Positions 43,729 through 53,309 of a stretch of DNA of 63,363 nt are shown here, piece after piece. Source of the stretch: Candidatus Micrarchaeota archaeon. GTDB lineage: Archaea; Micrarchaeota; Micrarchaeia; Burarchaeales; JAKAKT01. The notes under the pieces were generated by a model that saw only the letters and a program-made list of their open reading frames with translations, was not told the origin of the DNA and did no database searches. Positions within the stretch are counted from its first letter, which is position 1. Each line of letters begins with the position of its first letter. The translations under genes and the position numbers were made by a program. The DNA lies in NCBI GenBank assembly GCA_021813385.1, contig JAKAKT010000009.1, positions 1 to 63,363 on the forward strand, written 5' to 3'.

Positions 43729-43933
43729 TTAGGTCCACCTCCAGGACCTTTTTCCTTGAGGTTAAGCCGCGAACAACCCTTATCCCGCACCCGAGCAGCT
43801 TTTTCATCTCGCGCTCAAGTTCGAGGTTCGCCTTCCCTTTTTCTGGTCTGGAAACCACACGGGCTTTCCATCCATCCTTATAGCGAAACCCGAACTTTTT
43901 CGAGTTGGGGGATACCTTTACCTCGAGCAACAC
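43682..43933 (-). CDS. DUF167/YggU-family protein
   Basis: 83 aa. Pattern VKVSPNSKK....RVVSRPEKGKAN.EL...........V.VVRGLTSRKKVLEV is typical of UPF0235/DUF167. Confidence 0.7.
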   Translation of the reverse strand: MLLEVKVSPNSKKFGFRYKDGWKARVVSRPEKGKANLELEREMKKLLGCGIRVVRGLTSRKKVLEVDLNEDEFSRRTKACREA

Positions 43934-44079
43934 AATAGCTCACCAGTTCGTATGAAATACAGATAGAACTAGGGCAGGAATATGTACTGTGCAATGTTGA
44001 CCGCATTTCATAGCTCGCTATTACTCCAGCAGCCATCCGTTGCACAGCACGTTAATTTGCAAGCGCGACGTATATAACC

Positions 44080-44622
44080 TTATACCTCATCCTCTTCCCT
44101 GCATTCGTCGCAAACGAATTTCCCGCGCGACTTCAGGAGGGTTTCGGAATATGAGCCGCAGCTCTCGCAGACGCCAACAAATGAAGCCTCATCGCCGAAC
44201 TCGTGCATCTTGTAATCCTCGATGAGTACTTCGACAAGGTCCGGGAAGACGCTGATGAGGTCGTCATCGGATATTATCCCGACGAGCCTCTGCTCGCTGT
44301 CAACCACTGGGACCCGTTTCACCTTATGCTCACGCATCAGGCTGGCGACTTCCGCTATTTTCGCATCAGCCTTTGTCGTCTTGAGTGGAGAGCTCATAAT
44401 CTTATTCAAGGGCGTTTTCTCGGGGTTCATCCCGCCAGCCACCACCTTGTAGGCCAGGTCGGTTTCAGTCACTATCCCGACGGCTTTCTGGTCTGCTGTG
44501 ACAACTATGCTCCCTATGCGGTGCTTTTTCATGATTTTTGCCGCATCGATGGCGCTGTCAGTGGCTTTGAGGGTCACTACCCCCTTTCGCATGCAATCTC
44601 CTACCCTTAAGTCTGTTTTCAT
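44080..44622 (-). CDS. CBS-domain pair protein with C-terminal zinc ribbon
   Basis: Two CBS repeats (GIVTETDL and GIISDDDL) and a C-terminal CESCG-x12-CDEC. Confidence 0.8.
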   Translation of the reverse strand: MKTDLRVGDCMRKGVVTLKATDSAIDAAKIMKKHRIGSIVVTADQKAVGIVTETDLAYKVVAGGMNPEKTPLNKIMSSPLKTTKADAKIAEVASLMREHKVKRVPVVDSEQRLVGIISDDDLISVFPDLVEVLIEDYKMHEFGDEASFVGVCESCGSYSETLLKSRGKFVCDECREEDEV

Positions 44623-44698
44623 ACTGGGATATGTTGTGTAGTGGAAAACTTTTAAACCTACTATATGGAGGGGAGTATCAACTCGATTTGATAAACCT

Positions 44699-46165
44699 CT
44701 AGTTGTCTAGTGAAGAGGCTACGATGCTTTCTATGGGCGCACGGTCATCTGTCAGGACGAGGCCCGGTTCTATGGTGCCTGAATAGGGGCCTGGGCCATT
44801 TCCCTCCGGAAAAAACTGCGCCCGGAGTTCTGAAAGCTTCTCCTCGTCAAGTTTCGTCTCGTCAGTTGCAAAAAATACTACGTTCTGGACCTCTTCCGGC
44901 TTTTCTGGATTGGTCAGAAAAACGTAGAGTTCTGGGAAGACTTGGGAGTAGGTTGAAACGATTGCGCAAAAAACCCCAGAGCGGCTTCCCTTTGCTGCTG
45001 AGATTACGTTCACTGCGACTACTCCTCCGGGCTTAAGTTTTGCCTTCATTCTTTCGACAGCCTCGACTGTCGTAAGATGGTATGGCATCGAATGCCGGGA
45101 TGCATAAGCATCAACAAAAATGATGTCATAGTTAGAGTTCTCATCGCTGTTCAGGAAGACCCGCGCATCCTGTGCGAATATCCTGGTCCTGCCCGGGATT
45201 TCCGGAAAACCGAAGTATTTTTTAGCGACCTCGACGACTGCCGGGTCTATCTCGATTGCATCAACCGATGCATCGGTATTCTCGAGAAAGTAGCGGCCTA
45301 TCGTGCCTCCTCCCATTCCGACGAGCAGCACCTTGCCCGGATTTGGCACGAACGCCAGTGAGAACGGGAAGACCCGGACGTAGTGATAAAGGTAGTCATT
45401 CGTGCCCAAGTGCATGGCGCTCTGCATATCGGAATCCAGCGCAAGCGTACGCGTAGAGTTTGCATCTCCAACTATTATGTGATAGTATTCCGAATCCGAC
45501 TGGAAAAGTGGAGGCTCTTTTGTTGCAAAAAGCATGTTTGGCGCCCAAAGCGCGATTATAAGAAGGGCGGCAAAAAAAGCAAAGACCATACGGCTTCTCA
45601 AGAACATTAGGCCGGTTGCCATCACCAGTGAAGCAGTGAGCAAAAGCGTCGCCTTAATCCCAAAGTTTGGAATCAGGAAGAAGCCTGCGAGCAGTGTGCC
45701 GGTTATGCTTCCAATAGTGGAAAAAGCATACAAGGAGCCTGCAACCCCGCCAACCTTTTCGACCTCTTTTGCTTTTAGCCTTATGGCAAATGGAGAGACG
45801 AGCCCAAACAGAAAAGACGCTGGTGAAAAAAGGATGAGTGACGCAACTAGCGGCCCATATTTTGCCCCCATTGGGACGCCCAGGTACATTGCAACCGGGA
45901 CTAGCGCCTGGATGAAAACCACTGAAGCCCCGCACAGGAGGACAACCGCGAAATATGTCTTCTCGCTCGGGCCTCTGTCTGAGAGCCTTCCCCCGTACCA
46001 ATATCCTGCGCTGAGGGAGCCGAGGATGACTGCTATGATGCTTGCCCAGGAATATAGCGATACACCGAGGTAGGGAGCGATTATCCTGCTCCCAGCAATC
46101 TCGACAATCATTAGGGCTGCTCCGCAAACAAAGACAGAAAACTCGAGGCGCCCGAACCCTTTCAT
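44699..46165 (-). CDS. Membrane-fused spermidine synthase-like methyltransferase-fold protein
   Basis: An N-terminal domain of about 7 TM helices is followed by a spermidine-synthase-like domain (VLLVGMGGGT, AIEIDPAVVEVAKKYF, YDIIFVDAY). Confidence 0.7.
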   Translation of the reverse strand: MKGFGRLEFSVFVCGAALMIVEIAGSRIIAPYLGVSLYSWASIIAVILGSLSAGYWYGGRLSDRGPSEKTYFAVVLLCGASVVFIQALVPVAMYLGVPMGAKYGPLVASLILFSPASFLFGLVSPFAIRLKAKEVEKVGGVAGSLYAFSTIGSITGTLLAGFFLIPNFGIKATLLLTASLVMATGLMFLRSRMVFAFFAALLIIALWAPNMLFATKEPPLFQSDSEYYHIIVGDANSTRTLALDSDMQSAMHLGTNDYLYHYVRVFPFSLAFVPNPGKVLLVGMGGGTIGRYFLENTDASVDAIEIDPAVVEVAKKYFGFPEIPGRTRIFAQDARVFLNSDENSNYDIIFVDAYASRHSMPYHLTTVEAVERMKAKLKPGGVVAVNVISAAKGSRSGVFCAIVSTYSQVFPELYVFLTNPEKPEEVQNVVFFATDETKLDEEKLSELRAQFFPEGNGPGPYSGTIEPGLVLTDDRAPIESIVASSLDN

Positions 46166-46271
46166 GAACTATAGTCTAATTCCGAACTCTTATATTGTTA
46201 GCGCTGGCGGATGTGGTTAATATCTCGAAATCTCGGTACGTTTTTCTTGTTTCGAGTGACCTGTAACATAT

Positions 46272-47762
46272 TCATTTCGGGACCATGAAGTAGAGCCCCT
46301 CGGTTTCCGATTCAACCTTGTAGTGCTCCCAAATATACTTGTCTATTAACGGCTCGTACTCGCTGAAGTTCTTTCCCCACTGCGGGAGTTTCGAGTATAT
46401 GACAATTTTCGGCTTCCTTTGCCCTAAGTCGAGAACAGCATTCGGCTCTACATCATCCGGCTGGCCCCAGGGCCCAAGGCCCAGATAACGGTAACCTGGT
46501 TCCCGCTTGAGCAGAAGGTAGTTGATGTGCCCGTAAGGGGTGATTAGAATTGTGTCGCTGGGAGTTGTTCGCAAGAGGACGAATCCGCGGATATTGTCAA
46601 GGTCAGTGCCCCTTGTCGACGCAACCCAAAGGGCGGTGAGGAGAGCAAGGGCAAACAAGACTCCAAAGCCGCAGATGAACCGCCTCTGGCTCTTGTCGAG
46701 GTACTTCACAAACAGGGTCCCACCCATGATTGAGAGCAGCGGGAGCGCATGGAAAACCCTGTTCGGCTGGAATCGAACGACAACGGCGTACATTGCGCCG
46801 AGGGCGAGGAGCAGGAGGAGCAGGCTCGCCCTCTTGCCTTTCCTCAAGTCTTCCCGGGCAACCCAGATATACGCCGCAGGAATTACGAGGATGATGAGAT
46901 TTATCGCAAGGTCGAACGGGTCTGACAGCAGCCGTTCATTTGTCTTAAAGAGAATCTGGACCACTACTTGGATGTATGCGTCTCCGAGGGCGCCTAAGGA
47001 GGATAGCCAAGCCAAAACGAGAATCAACGGAATTGAAAACCCGAAAAGAATTTCCCCGCATTCCAAGAGGACTCGAACGGGTTTCCCTTTTGTTAGGAAA
47101 AATCTCGCAATGATGAATGCGAGGGAAACGAGCAGGAGCGCGAGCCCGGGTATTTTGAGGAGAACGAGGATTCCGCAAACGATTCCGGATGAAAAAAGCC
47201 ATTTTGCCTCTCCTTCTTTATCGAAGTGATAAAGGCAAATGAAAAGCAGAAGAACGAGCGGGGCCATCAGCGGCTCTGGCAAAAATATCAGGCTCCCGAA
47301 AGCCGGGGCGAGCAGGACAAAAGCGAATGATGCCGCAATCGCCTCTTCTTCGCCGTATAGTTTCCGGGCCAGGTAGAACGTCATGAAAGTTGTGAGGAGC
47401 ATCGCTGCAGCGAGGAAAAGCCTGGCTGAACTCAGTTCAGGCCCGAGAAGCGCGTATGAGGATGCGGCTATGAGCGAAGTCCCTGGAAGGTATTGGAGAA
47501 GGGCGAATTCCTTGTAAGGAATCCTTCCCTTGTAGAGGAGCCACCCCCCCGTAACATGCGTGCCCTCGTCATTCATGAAAAAAACATTCAAGCTGAGCAG
47601 ATGGCATGCCAGTTGGAAAGCGAGCAGTATCGCAAGCGTTTGGGTTGCTGTCAATTTCACGCTTATGTTTGGAGCTTCATCCCATAAAAACTTTTCACTC
47701 GAGGAGAAATCGGCAACGACCCTTGCCGGGTGCACCCGCCGCTCTTCGCTGTCGGGGAACAA
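46272..47762 (-). CDS. GT-C fold glycosyltransferase (family 39/ArnT/PMT-like)
   Basis: 496 aa and polytopic. The first extracytoplasmic loop carries an acidic motif (MNDEGTHVTGGW). The C-terminal domain is soluble. The call rests on architecture, not on a search. Confidence 0.55.
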   Translation of the reverse strand: MFPDSEERRVHPARVVADFSSSEKFLWDEAPNISVKLTATQTLAILLAFQLACHLLSLNVFFMNDEGTHVTGGWLLYKGRIPYKEFALLQYLPGTSLIAASSYALLGPELSSARLFLAAAMLLTTFMTFYLARKLYGEEEAIAASFAFVLLAPAFGSLIFLPEPLMAPLVLLLFICLYHFDKEGEAKWLFSSGIVCGILVLLKIPGLALLLVSLAFIIARFFLTKGKPVRVLLECGEILFGFSIPLILVLAWLSSLGALGDAYIQVVVQILFKTNERLLSDPFDLAINLIILVIPAAYIWVAREDLRKGKRASLLLLLLALGAMYAVVVRFQPNRVFHALPLLSIMGGTLFVKYLDKSQRRFICGFGVLFALALLTALWVASTRGTDLDNIRGFVLLRTTPSDTILITPYGHINYLLLKREPGYRYLGLGPWGQPDDVEPNAVLDLGQRKPKIVIYSKLPQWGKNFSEYEPLIDKYIWEHYKVESETEGLYFMVPK

Positions 47763-47887
47763 TCACCCGCCCGTACCTGCCGGCCTTGCTAACCATTCGA
47801 AGAAACGGGGCCCGAGCCCCGCAAAGGTTTGGGTTGTTTGTTAAAGTGAGAAGGCGATTAATTAAAATAAGCCAGTCATATTGAATC

Positions 47888-48274
47888 ATGGCGTTTGGAA
47901 CTTATGCCAAGGGGGCCCGAACCGAGCGGGAGCTCATATCGATGTTCTCGGAAAAAGGCTATTCCGTAATCAGGGCGGCAGGAAGCGGGGTTAATTCCCT
48001 TTCCCCTGACTTGCTCGTATTCAGGAAGGGAGCCCAATATGCATTCGAGTGCAAAGCCTGGGGCTCCGGCAGCCTCGGGATACAGAAGGAAAAGTTCCTC
48101 GGGTTGTTGGAATGGGAGCGAAACAGCGGCATAACCACGATGATTGCGTGGAGGATAAACCGGCTCGGCTGGAGGTTCATGCACCTGGCAGAGCTCGAGG
48201 AGAGGGAGAAAAACTACACTGTAACATTAAAAAGGGCCCTTGCGATAAATAGGACATTCGAGGACTTGCTATGA
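47888..48274 (+). CDS. hjc: Holliday junction resolvase Hjc
   Basis: 128 aa. Archaeal Hjc motifs KGARTERELISMFSEKGYSVIRAAGSG, SPDLLV and AFECK. Confidence 0.8.
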   Translation: MAFGTYAKGARTERELISMFSEKGYSVIRAAGSGVNSLSPDLLVFRKGAQYAFECKAWGSGSLGIQKEKFLGLLEWERNSGITTMIAWRINRLGWRFMHLAELEEREKNYTVTLKRALAINRTFEDLL

Positions 48275-50163
48275 GAACCTTATTCGCAATTCTCGCTCTC
48301 GTGCTCCTCTGCTCAACACCCTTGTCGAAGACGTATTTTTTCCAGGAGATTAAGACTGATGCATGGGTAAACCCGGATGGCTCGTTTGATGTCATCGAGA
48401 ACATGACCGTGTCTTTCCTTGGCAGCTTCACCTGGATGCACAAGGAAATACCATTGAAAAGCCCGCAGGGGCAGGAAATAGATATTTCTGAGATTCGGGT
48501 TTTCGATGGGGAGGTAGAAGTTGAGCCCAGGCTCAGCACTGTTGGGGAGAGCCAGAGGATAAACTGGAGCTTCATCGCGAACGATGAGGAAAAACAATTC
48601 GTGCTCAGGTATAAGGTGAAGAATCAGATTCTGAAATACGACGATGTCGCAGATTTCTACTGGGCTTTTCTCGGGGGCCAGTGGGACGTCAGAACGGAAA
48701 ACCTGCTGGCAATCGTCCACCTCCCAGAAGGAGTGACGGACGCAGAAACGCTCGCTTGGGGCCATGGGCCAAAGAACGGGACCACTGCCATTCGCGGTGG
48801 AATTGTCGAGTTTTCTGCAACTGGCATCCCTCCAAGAACTTTCGTTGAGGGGAGAGTGGTTTTCCCCAGCCGAGTAATAACTGGCAACTTCACCACGAAC
48901 AAGGCCGGGAATGGTCTGCAGTCGATAATTGCAGAGGAGAAAAACATTTTCGAAACCAAGGAGAGGAACAAGCAGATATCTTCGGTTCTGCTCGTGCTCC
49001 CGCCTGTTTTGCCCCTGCTGCTGGCGCTCCTCGTGGGGATTTTGTGGTATCTTTATGGAAGGGAGCCGAAGGTGGAGTTCGACCAGAAATATTTCCACGA
49101 GCCGCCCTATGACTACTCCCCTGCAATCCTCGGATGCCTGATGGACGCGGAGAGCAAGAAGCCGGAGATGAAGGCATTCACTGCGACTGTTGTTGACCTG
49201 GCGCAGAAAGGATATTTGAAAATCGAGGAGATAGTGCGAAAAAAAGGCAAGCTTGAGCTCTTCACCTCGGGCAAGGACATAAGGCTCACTGTCCTCAAGG
49301 AGCCTGGCGAAGGCCTGAAGGATTACGAGCGAAACGCTTTTGACATGCTCTTCAGGAAGAACGACCCGTTCGTGCTCGCGATGAAGGAGACAAGCGGGTG
49401 GGGCAAGCTCTTTGGGATGTTTGAGGAAGATGAAAAGGGGAAGAGCGGACAGGCTGCCCCGCTGGCGACATCGGTAACTTTAAGCGAACTTGCGAAGGAC
49501 ATGAACTTCAAGAGGAGCTTCTCGATTCTGTTCGAGAGATGGCAGACGGGCGTAGAAAGGAAGGCAGCAGAATACACATTCCACGAGGAAAAGGCTGCAC
49601 GCATAGCAGTTTATGCGACAGGCGCGGGGATTGCCCTTATCATTCTTTCGATTGTGGTGTTCGTGTTCCTATTCAATAGCGCCTTCCCCTCAGGCGAAGT
49701 TCCTGGGGTCATTTTCTTCGCTTCCGCACTCCTCTCGTTATTCCTCTGCGCTGTGATATTGAAGTACGGCCACAAGGCGCTAGAGAAAAGGACCCCGAAA
49801 GGTGCGCTTCATTATGCGAAGTGGGTGGCTTTCAAGAACTTCGTCTCTGACATGACCCTGCTCAAGCAGTACCCTCCGTCTTCAGTTGCGATGTGGGACC
49901 AATACCTGGTCTATGCGACAGCTCTCGGGTGCGCGGACAAGGTAATCGATACGATGAAGATTCAAATAAGCGAGAAGGAGTATACATCAACCTGGTTCTC
50001 CTCACCCTCTGGGATTGTAGCTCTTGGCGGGCTTGGCAATTCCCTCAACTCTTCCTTCAGCTCCTTTTCCGTATCGCCTAGTTCAGGCGCATCCGGCCAC
50101 GGGGGAAGCTTCGGCGGTGGGGGCGGTGGCGGAGGAGGCGGAGGCGGCGGGGGAGCGGGCTGA
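48271..50163 (+). CDS. DUF2207-family membrane protein with poly-Gly C-terminus
   Basis: 630 aa. An N-terminal signal is followed by a beta-rich ectodomain (VNPDGSFDVIENMTVSF.GSF), internal TM helices and a terminal GGSFGGGGGGGGGGGGGGAG. ATGA start/stop overlap with hjc. Confidence 0.7.
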   Translation: MRTLFAILALVLLCSTPLSKTYFFQEIKTDAWVNPDGSFDVIENMTVSFLGSFTWMHKEIPLKSPQGQEIDISEIRVFDGEVEVEPRLSTVGESQRINWSFIANDEEKQFVLRYKVKNQILKYDDVADFYWAFLGGQWDVRTENLLAIVHLPEGVTDAETLAWGHGPKNGTTAIRGGIVEFSATGIPPRTFVEGRVVFPSRVITGNFTTNKAGNGLQSIIAEEKNIFETKERNKQISSVLLVLPPVLPLLLALLVGILWYLYGREPKVEFDQKYFHEPPYDYSPAILGCLMDAESKKPEMKAFTATVVDLAQKGYLKIEEIVRKKGKLELFTSGKDIRLTVLKEPGEGLKDYERNAFDMLFRKNDPFVLAMKETSGWGKLFGMFEEDEKGKSGQAAPLATSVTLSELAKDMNFKRSFSILFERWQTGVERKAAEYTFHEEKAARIAVYATGAGIALIILSIVVFVFLFNSAFPSGEVPGVIFFASALLSLFLCAVILKYGHKALEKRTPKGALHYAKWVAFKNFVSDMTLLKQYPPSSVAMWDQYLVYATALGCADKVIDTMKIQISEKEYTSTWFSSPSGIVALGGLGNSLNSSFSSFSVSPSSGASGHGGSFGGGGGGGGGGGGGGAG

Positions 50164-50234
50164 ACTTCCCGGCTAGAAAATGTTTATATTCTTTTTTTGT
50201 GATAATAGTTCTCTTATTCTTGGAGGTGCATTCT

Positions 50235-50939
50235 ATGAATCAAGTAAGACCGCCCGCAGGTACTGCTACCAGAACTAATGGAACCACTGTGGACCCAGAG
50301 TTGGCTGCATTGGCTAGAAGACGAGAATTTAAGTTGGATGACAGGACCAGGATGGAACGAACACATAGCATCAGGATAACCGAAGACCCGAACACCCACT
50401 ATGCTGAACTTCGCGAGTTGAGGAGATTGGTAAAGGATCAGGGAGGACACTCGACGCAGACAATCAGGATGCTGTGCGAACTCGCCTCCACTAGAACTCT
50501 TTCTGATTGCGATGTCGGCGGCATGCCCATCAGTAACGAAAACCTAACTGCAGCATCTATGGCAAGGGACGACCTTAAGAAAGAATTGAGGACTTGTGAG
50601 GACATCAATATCACTTGGCTTGGGCTCGTGTTGATGACGCGTGTTGGTGGAGGGCATGAGTTCATACTGGGAATCGCAAAGGATAGCGAGATGCCCGAAG
50701 CTGTAAGGATACGAGCCCTGCAGGCCGCCCACGTTGCCACGCCGTTGGATTCTAGCGAACTCAAAGAAGTCATAGCTACAATCAAACAATTCTCTTCGGA
50801 AACGGGGCCAATCGGGGAAGAAGCAAAGAAATTACTCCGTCTGATGGTTGAGAAAACCCGGTCCATAGCGATACAACTTGGGTTTATGGTCTCAAACGCA
50901 CCAGGACATGTACTTGAGCCGACGCAGGGATGGCCATAA
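50235..50939 (+). CDS. Hypothetical protein, helical-repeat (HEAT-like)
   Basis: ATG 50235 is preceded by GGAGGTG (50222-50228). No catalytic motif recognised. Confidence 0.5.
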   Translation: MNQVRPPAGTATRTNGTTVDPELAALARRREFKLDDRTRMERTHSIRITEDPNTHYAELRELRRLVKDQGGHSTQTIRMLCELASTRTLSDCDVGGMPISNENLTAASMARDDLKKELRTCEDINITWLGLVLMTRVGGGHEFILGIAKDSEMPEAVRIRALQAAHVATPLDSSELKEVIATIKQFSSETGPIGEEAKKLLRLMVEKTRSIAIQLGFMVSNAPGHVLEPTQGWP

Positions 50940-50991
50940 CGGATAGACGGATTATTGCCCCACGCTAAAAACCTGTACTTGTCTCGAGCCG

Positions 50992-51663
50992 CTAGAAATA
51001 GTAAATCCTCGCCAGCACCAATCCCCCGAGAACCAGGAGCGCGAACCAGTCCATCGTCTTCATCTTTAGGTCGTATGGCATCGGAATCCTGTCCGGGTCG
51101 AATGCCCGCGCATCGAGCGAAGTCGATAGGCTTTTTGTTTTTCTCAAGACAGAGTGCATGAGGGGGACTGCGAGCGGTATCGGATTTTTCCCGGAATAGC
51201 CCCGCGAGGATTGCGCAACCCTGACCAAGTCAAACTTCTTCTCGAAAACAGGGAGGAAATGGAGGGAAAGCGCGAGAGAGAATGCAGTTGAAGGGGGAAG
51301 CTTGAAAAAGCGCAGGGCAGCGACTATGGCCTTCCTTTCAGTTGTCAGAATGAACAGTACTGGCATCGTCAGCGCTGATAGGAGTATGGCTGAGTTTATG
51401 ATTCCATATTGCGGGGAAACGAAAAAATAGCCGAAGAGGAAGGGCATCGCAAGTATGAAGGCGAGAAACCTTGGTTTCGGGAAAACCTCTGAGAACGATA
51501 CCGAGGAGAAAACGCACGCGAACAGTGCGATAATGAGCGAGAGCTCCGCCATCTCGATAGTCCTTGTCGAGAACATTATCCCCATAAGCACAACGACCCA
51601 GATTATTTTCACCCTGGGGTCCGATGAATGGCCGAGCGAGTTCCTTTGGAGGTAAGTGAGCAA
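50992..51663 (-). CDS. ecfT: ECF transporter transmembrane (T) component, CbiQ/EcfT family
   Basis: 223 aa and polytopic. Conserved A-x-x-x-R-G coupling motif region (VAQSSRGYSG). Lies downstream of the ATPase. Confidence 0.7.
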   Translation of the reverse strand: MLTYLQRNSLGHSSDPRVKIIWVVVLMGIMFSTRTIEMAELSLIIALFACVFSSVSFSEVFPKPRFLAFILAMPFLFGYFFVSPQYGIINSAILLSALTMPVLFILTTERKAIVAALRFFKLPPSTAFSLALSLHFLPVFEKKFDLVRVAQSSRGYSGKNPIPLAVPLMHSVLRKTKSLSTSLDARAFDPDRIPMPYDLKMKTMDWFALLVLGGLVLARIYYF

Positions 51664-51670
51664 CGGGCCA

Positions 51671-52495
51671 TCACCTTTTTTTCAGTTTTACCTTCTGCTT
51701 GAGGCGGGTTATGAGCTGGGACGGGGTCAGGAGGGATTCCCCGATCTCTTTGGATATCTTCACCGCGCAGGGCACCTTCACTCCTGCGGCCTCGAATTTA
51801 TTATCGAAAAGGATCTGCGGGCCCCCATCAGCTTCTATTTTCCCATTGTTCAAAAACAGTATTCTTGATGCGTATTCAGCAAGCCATTCGGTATCGTGCT
51901 CTGCGATGATGATGGTCTTGCCTGACTTATTGAGTTTCCCGAGAATCGAATATACCTCGTCTGAGCTAAAGTGGTCGAGGTTCGAGACAGGCTCGTCGAG
52001 AACGAATATCTCCGGTTCGACAGCGAGGGCGCAGGCGAAAGCGAGCTTCTGCTTCTGGCCGTACGAAAGCGTGTGCGGGTCGGAGTCGAGATGCTCCCCG
52101 AGGCCGACAGTCCTGAGGGCTTCAAGCGCCCTTCTCTTCGCTTCATCCCCGGCAATCCCGATATTCGAGAGCCCGAAAAGGACTTCGTCCTCAACTCGGA
52201 GCGAGAAAATCTGGTCCTCGGGGTCCTGGAAAACGAAAGCGACCGAGCGGGCAAGTTCGTGGACAGGCGTCTTTGTCGCATCTTTCCCGAGAGTCAGCAC
52301 GGTTCCTGAAAAATTCCCGTTTACCATCTGCGGTATTATCCCATTCAGTGTTAAGAGAAGGGTGCTCTTGCCGCAACCCGTCTTTCCGACAAGCCCCACG
52401 AATTCCCCCTGCTTTATCTTTACCGAAATGCCGGACAGTATTGGTTTGTCGGAATAAGAGAAGGAAAGCTTGTCAATCTGGACTGCGAGCATCAC
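51671..52495 (-). CDS. ecfA: ECF/ABC transporter ATP-binding protein
   Basis: Walker A GKTGCGKST, signature LSYGQKQK and Walker B IFVLDEP. Confidence 0.85.
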   Translation of the reverse strand: MMLAVQIDKLSFSYSDKPILSGISVKIKQGEFVGLVGKTGCGKSTLLLTLNGIIPQMVNGNFSGTVLTLGKDATKTPVHELARSVAFVFQDPEDQIFSLRVEDEVLFGLSNIGIAGDEAKRRALEALRTVGLGEHLDSDPHTLSYGQKQKLAFACALAVEPEIFVLDEPVSNLDHFSSDEVYSILGKLNKSGKTIIIAEHDTEWLAEYASRILFLNNGKIEADGGPQILFDNKFEAAGVKVPCAVKISKEIGESLLTPSQLITRLKQKVKLKKR

Positions 52496-53262
52496 ATAGA
52501 CCCATAATACTGGGAGAACTTGAACTTAAAAGCTATCGCCCAAGCGAATCCCATCTCGATGGCGCCTTGAATTACGTTCCAGCCGAATATTAGGTACCAG
52601 GGAACGGTTTCCATGAATTTCTCAGTGCTAATTCCAAAAAATATAGGGCCAGCATAGTAATAGTTGGCAACCACCATGGACACCCCTCTAACGAGCAGTG
52701 CGAGAGCAGTCACTATTATTATTGACTCCGATTTCGCAAGCGAGGACATCTTCACCTCATGCCCGTATTTCGCCCAAAGGTGGGATATGAAAAGGGAGGA
52801 TAACAGGAGTCCGATGATGGGGGCAATTCCCTCGACGACGATATTGTTGGTGAATGGTTTCAGGGAGGTGTTTATCAGCCCTGAAAACACGAAGAGGATT
52901 AGCGGAAGGGTGAGGGTGAGCAACATGATGGCCCCGAGCCTCCCGAAATCGTTCTTCTTCTTTGATATCAGGAGCCATAGGGCCGGGGCAAGTATCATGG
53001 GAAGGGTTGCCGCAAACTTCATGCTTGCACCGAGCCAAGTCTCCGGGGAAACTAAGGTGACAATGAGGGCTACGAGAACGCAGACTGCAAGTGCCGACTC
53101 AAAGCCGAAGAGAAAAAAGGCGAGCAGGATTGGCATTCCTACAAGGTCCACGGTCATGCCGAAACCGGTAGGGATTCCGATGACCCCATGCAAGAGCTGG
53201 AATATGACCGCTGCTGCGGAAAAAAGCGCGACTGCGACCATCCTAAAGGTTTTCATGCCCAT
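52492..53262 (-). CDS. Putative ECF substrate-capture (S) component
   Basis: 256-aa polytopic membrane protein with a 4-nt overlap with the ATPase start. Assigned from operon position only. Confidence 0.45.
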   Translation of the reverse strand: MGMKTFRMVAVALFSAAAVIFQLLHGVIGIPTGFGMTVDLVGMPILLAFFLFGFESALAVCVLVALIVTLVSPETWLGASMKFAATLPMILAPALWLLISKKKNDFGRLGAIMLLTLTLPLILFVFSGLINTSLKPFTNNIVVEGIAPIIGLLLSSLFISHLWAKYGHEVKMSSLAKSESIIIVTALALLVRGVSMVVANYYYAGPIFFGISTEKFMETVPWYLIFGWNVIQGAIEMGFAWAIAFKFKFSQYYGSM

Positions 53263-53309
53263 GCTTATCCGGCTTTCCCATTTTAACCTTAACTACCCAT
53301 TTTTAAGTA

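Noticed and set aside
47790-47825. Hairpin CGGGGC/CCGA/GCCCCG as a third copy of the double-hairpin element.
   Set aside because: It shares only the C-N-G-A loop. The TCCGATTTTT, AAAAATGGAC and GTCC blocks are absent. It is probably an unrelated GC hairpin in the divergent promoter region.
50095-50163. GGC/GGT/GGA-rich simple repeat.
   Set aside because: It encodes the poly-Gly C-terminal tail that is characteristic of DUF2207 proteins and lies in frame with the 630-aa ORF.
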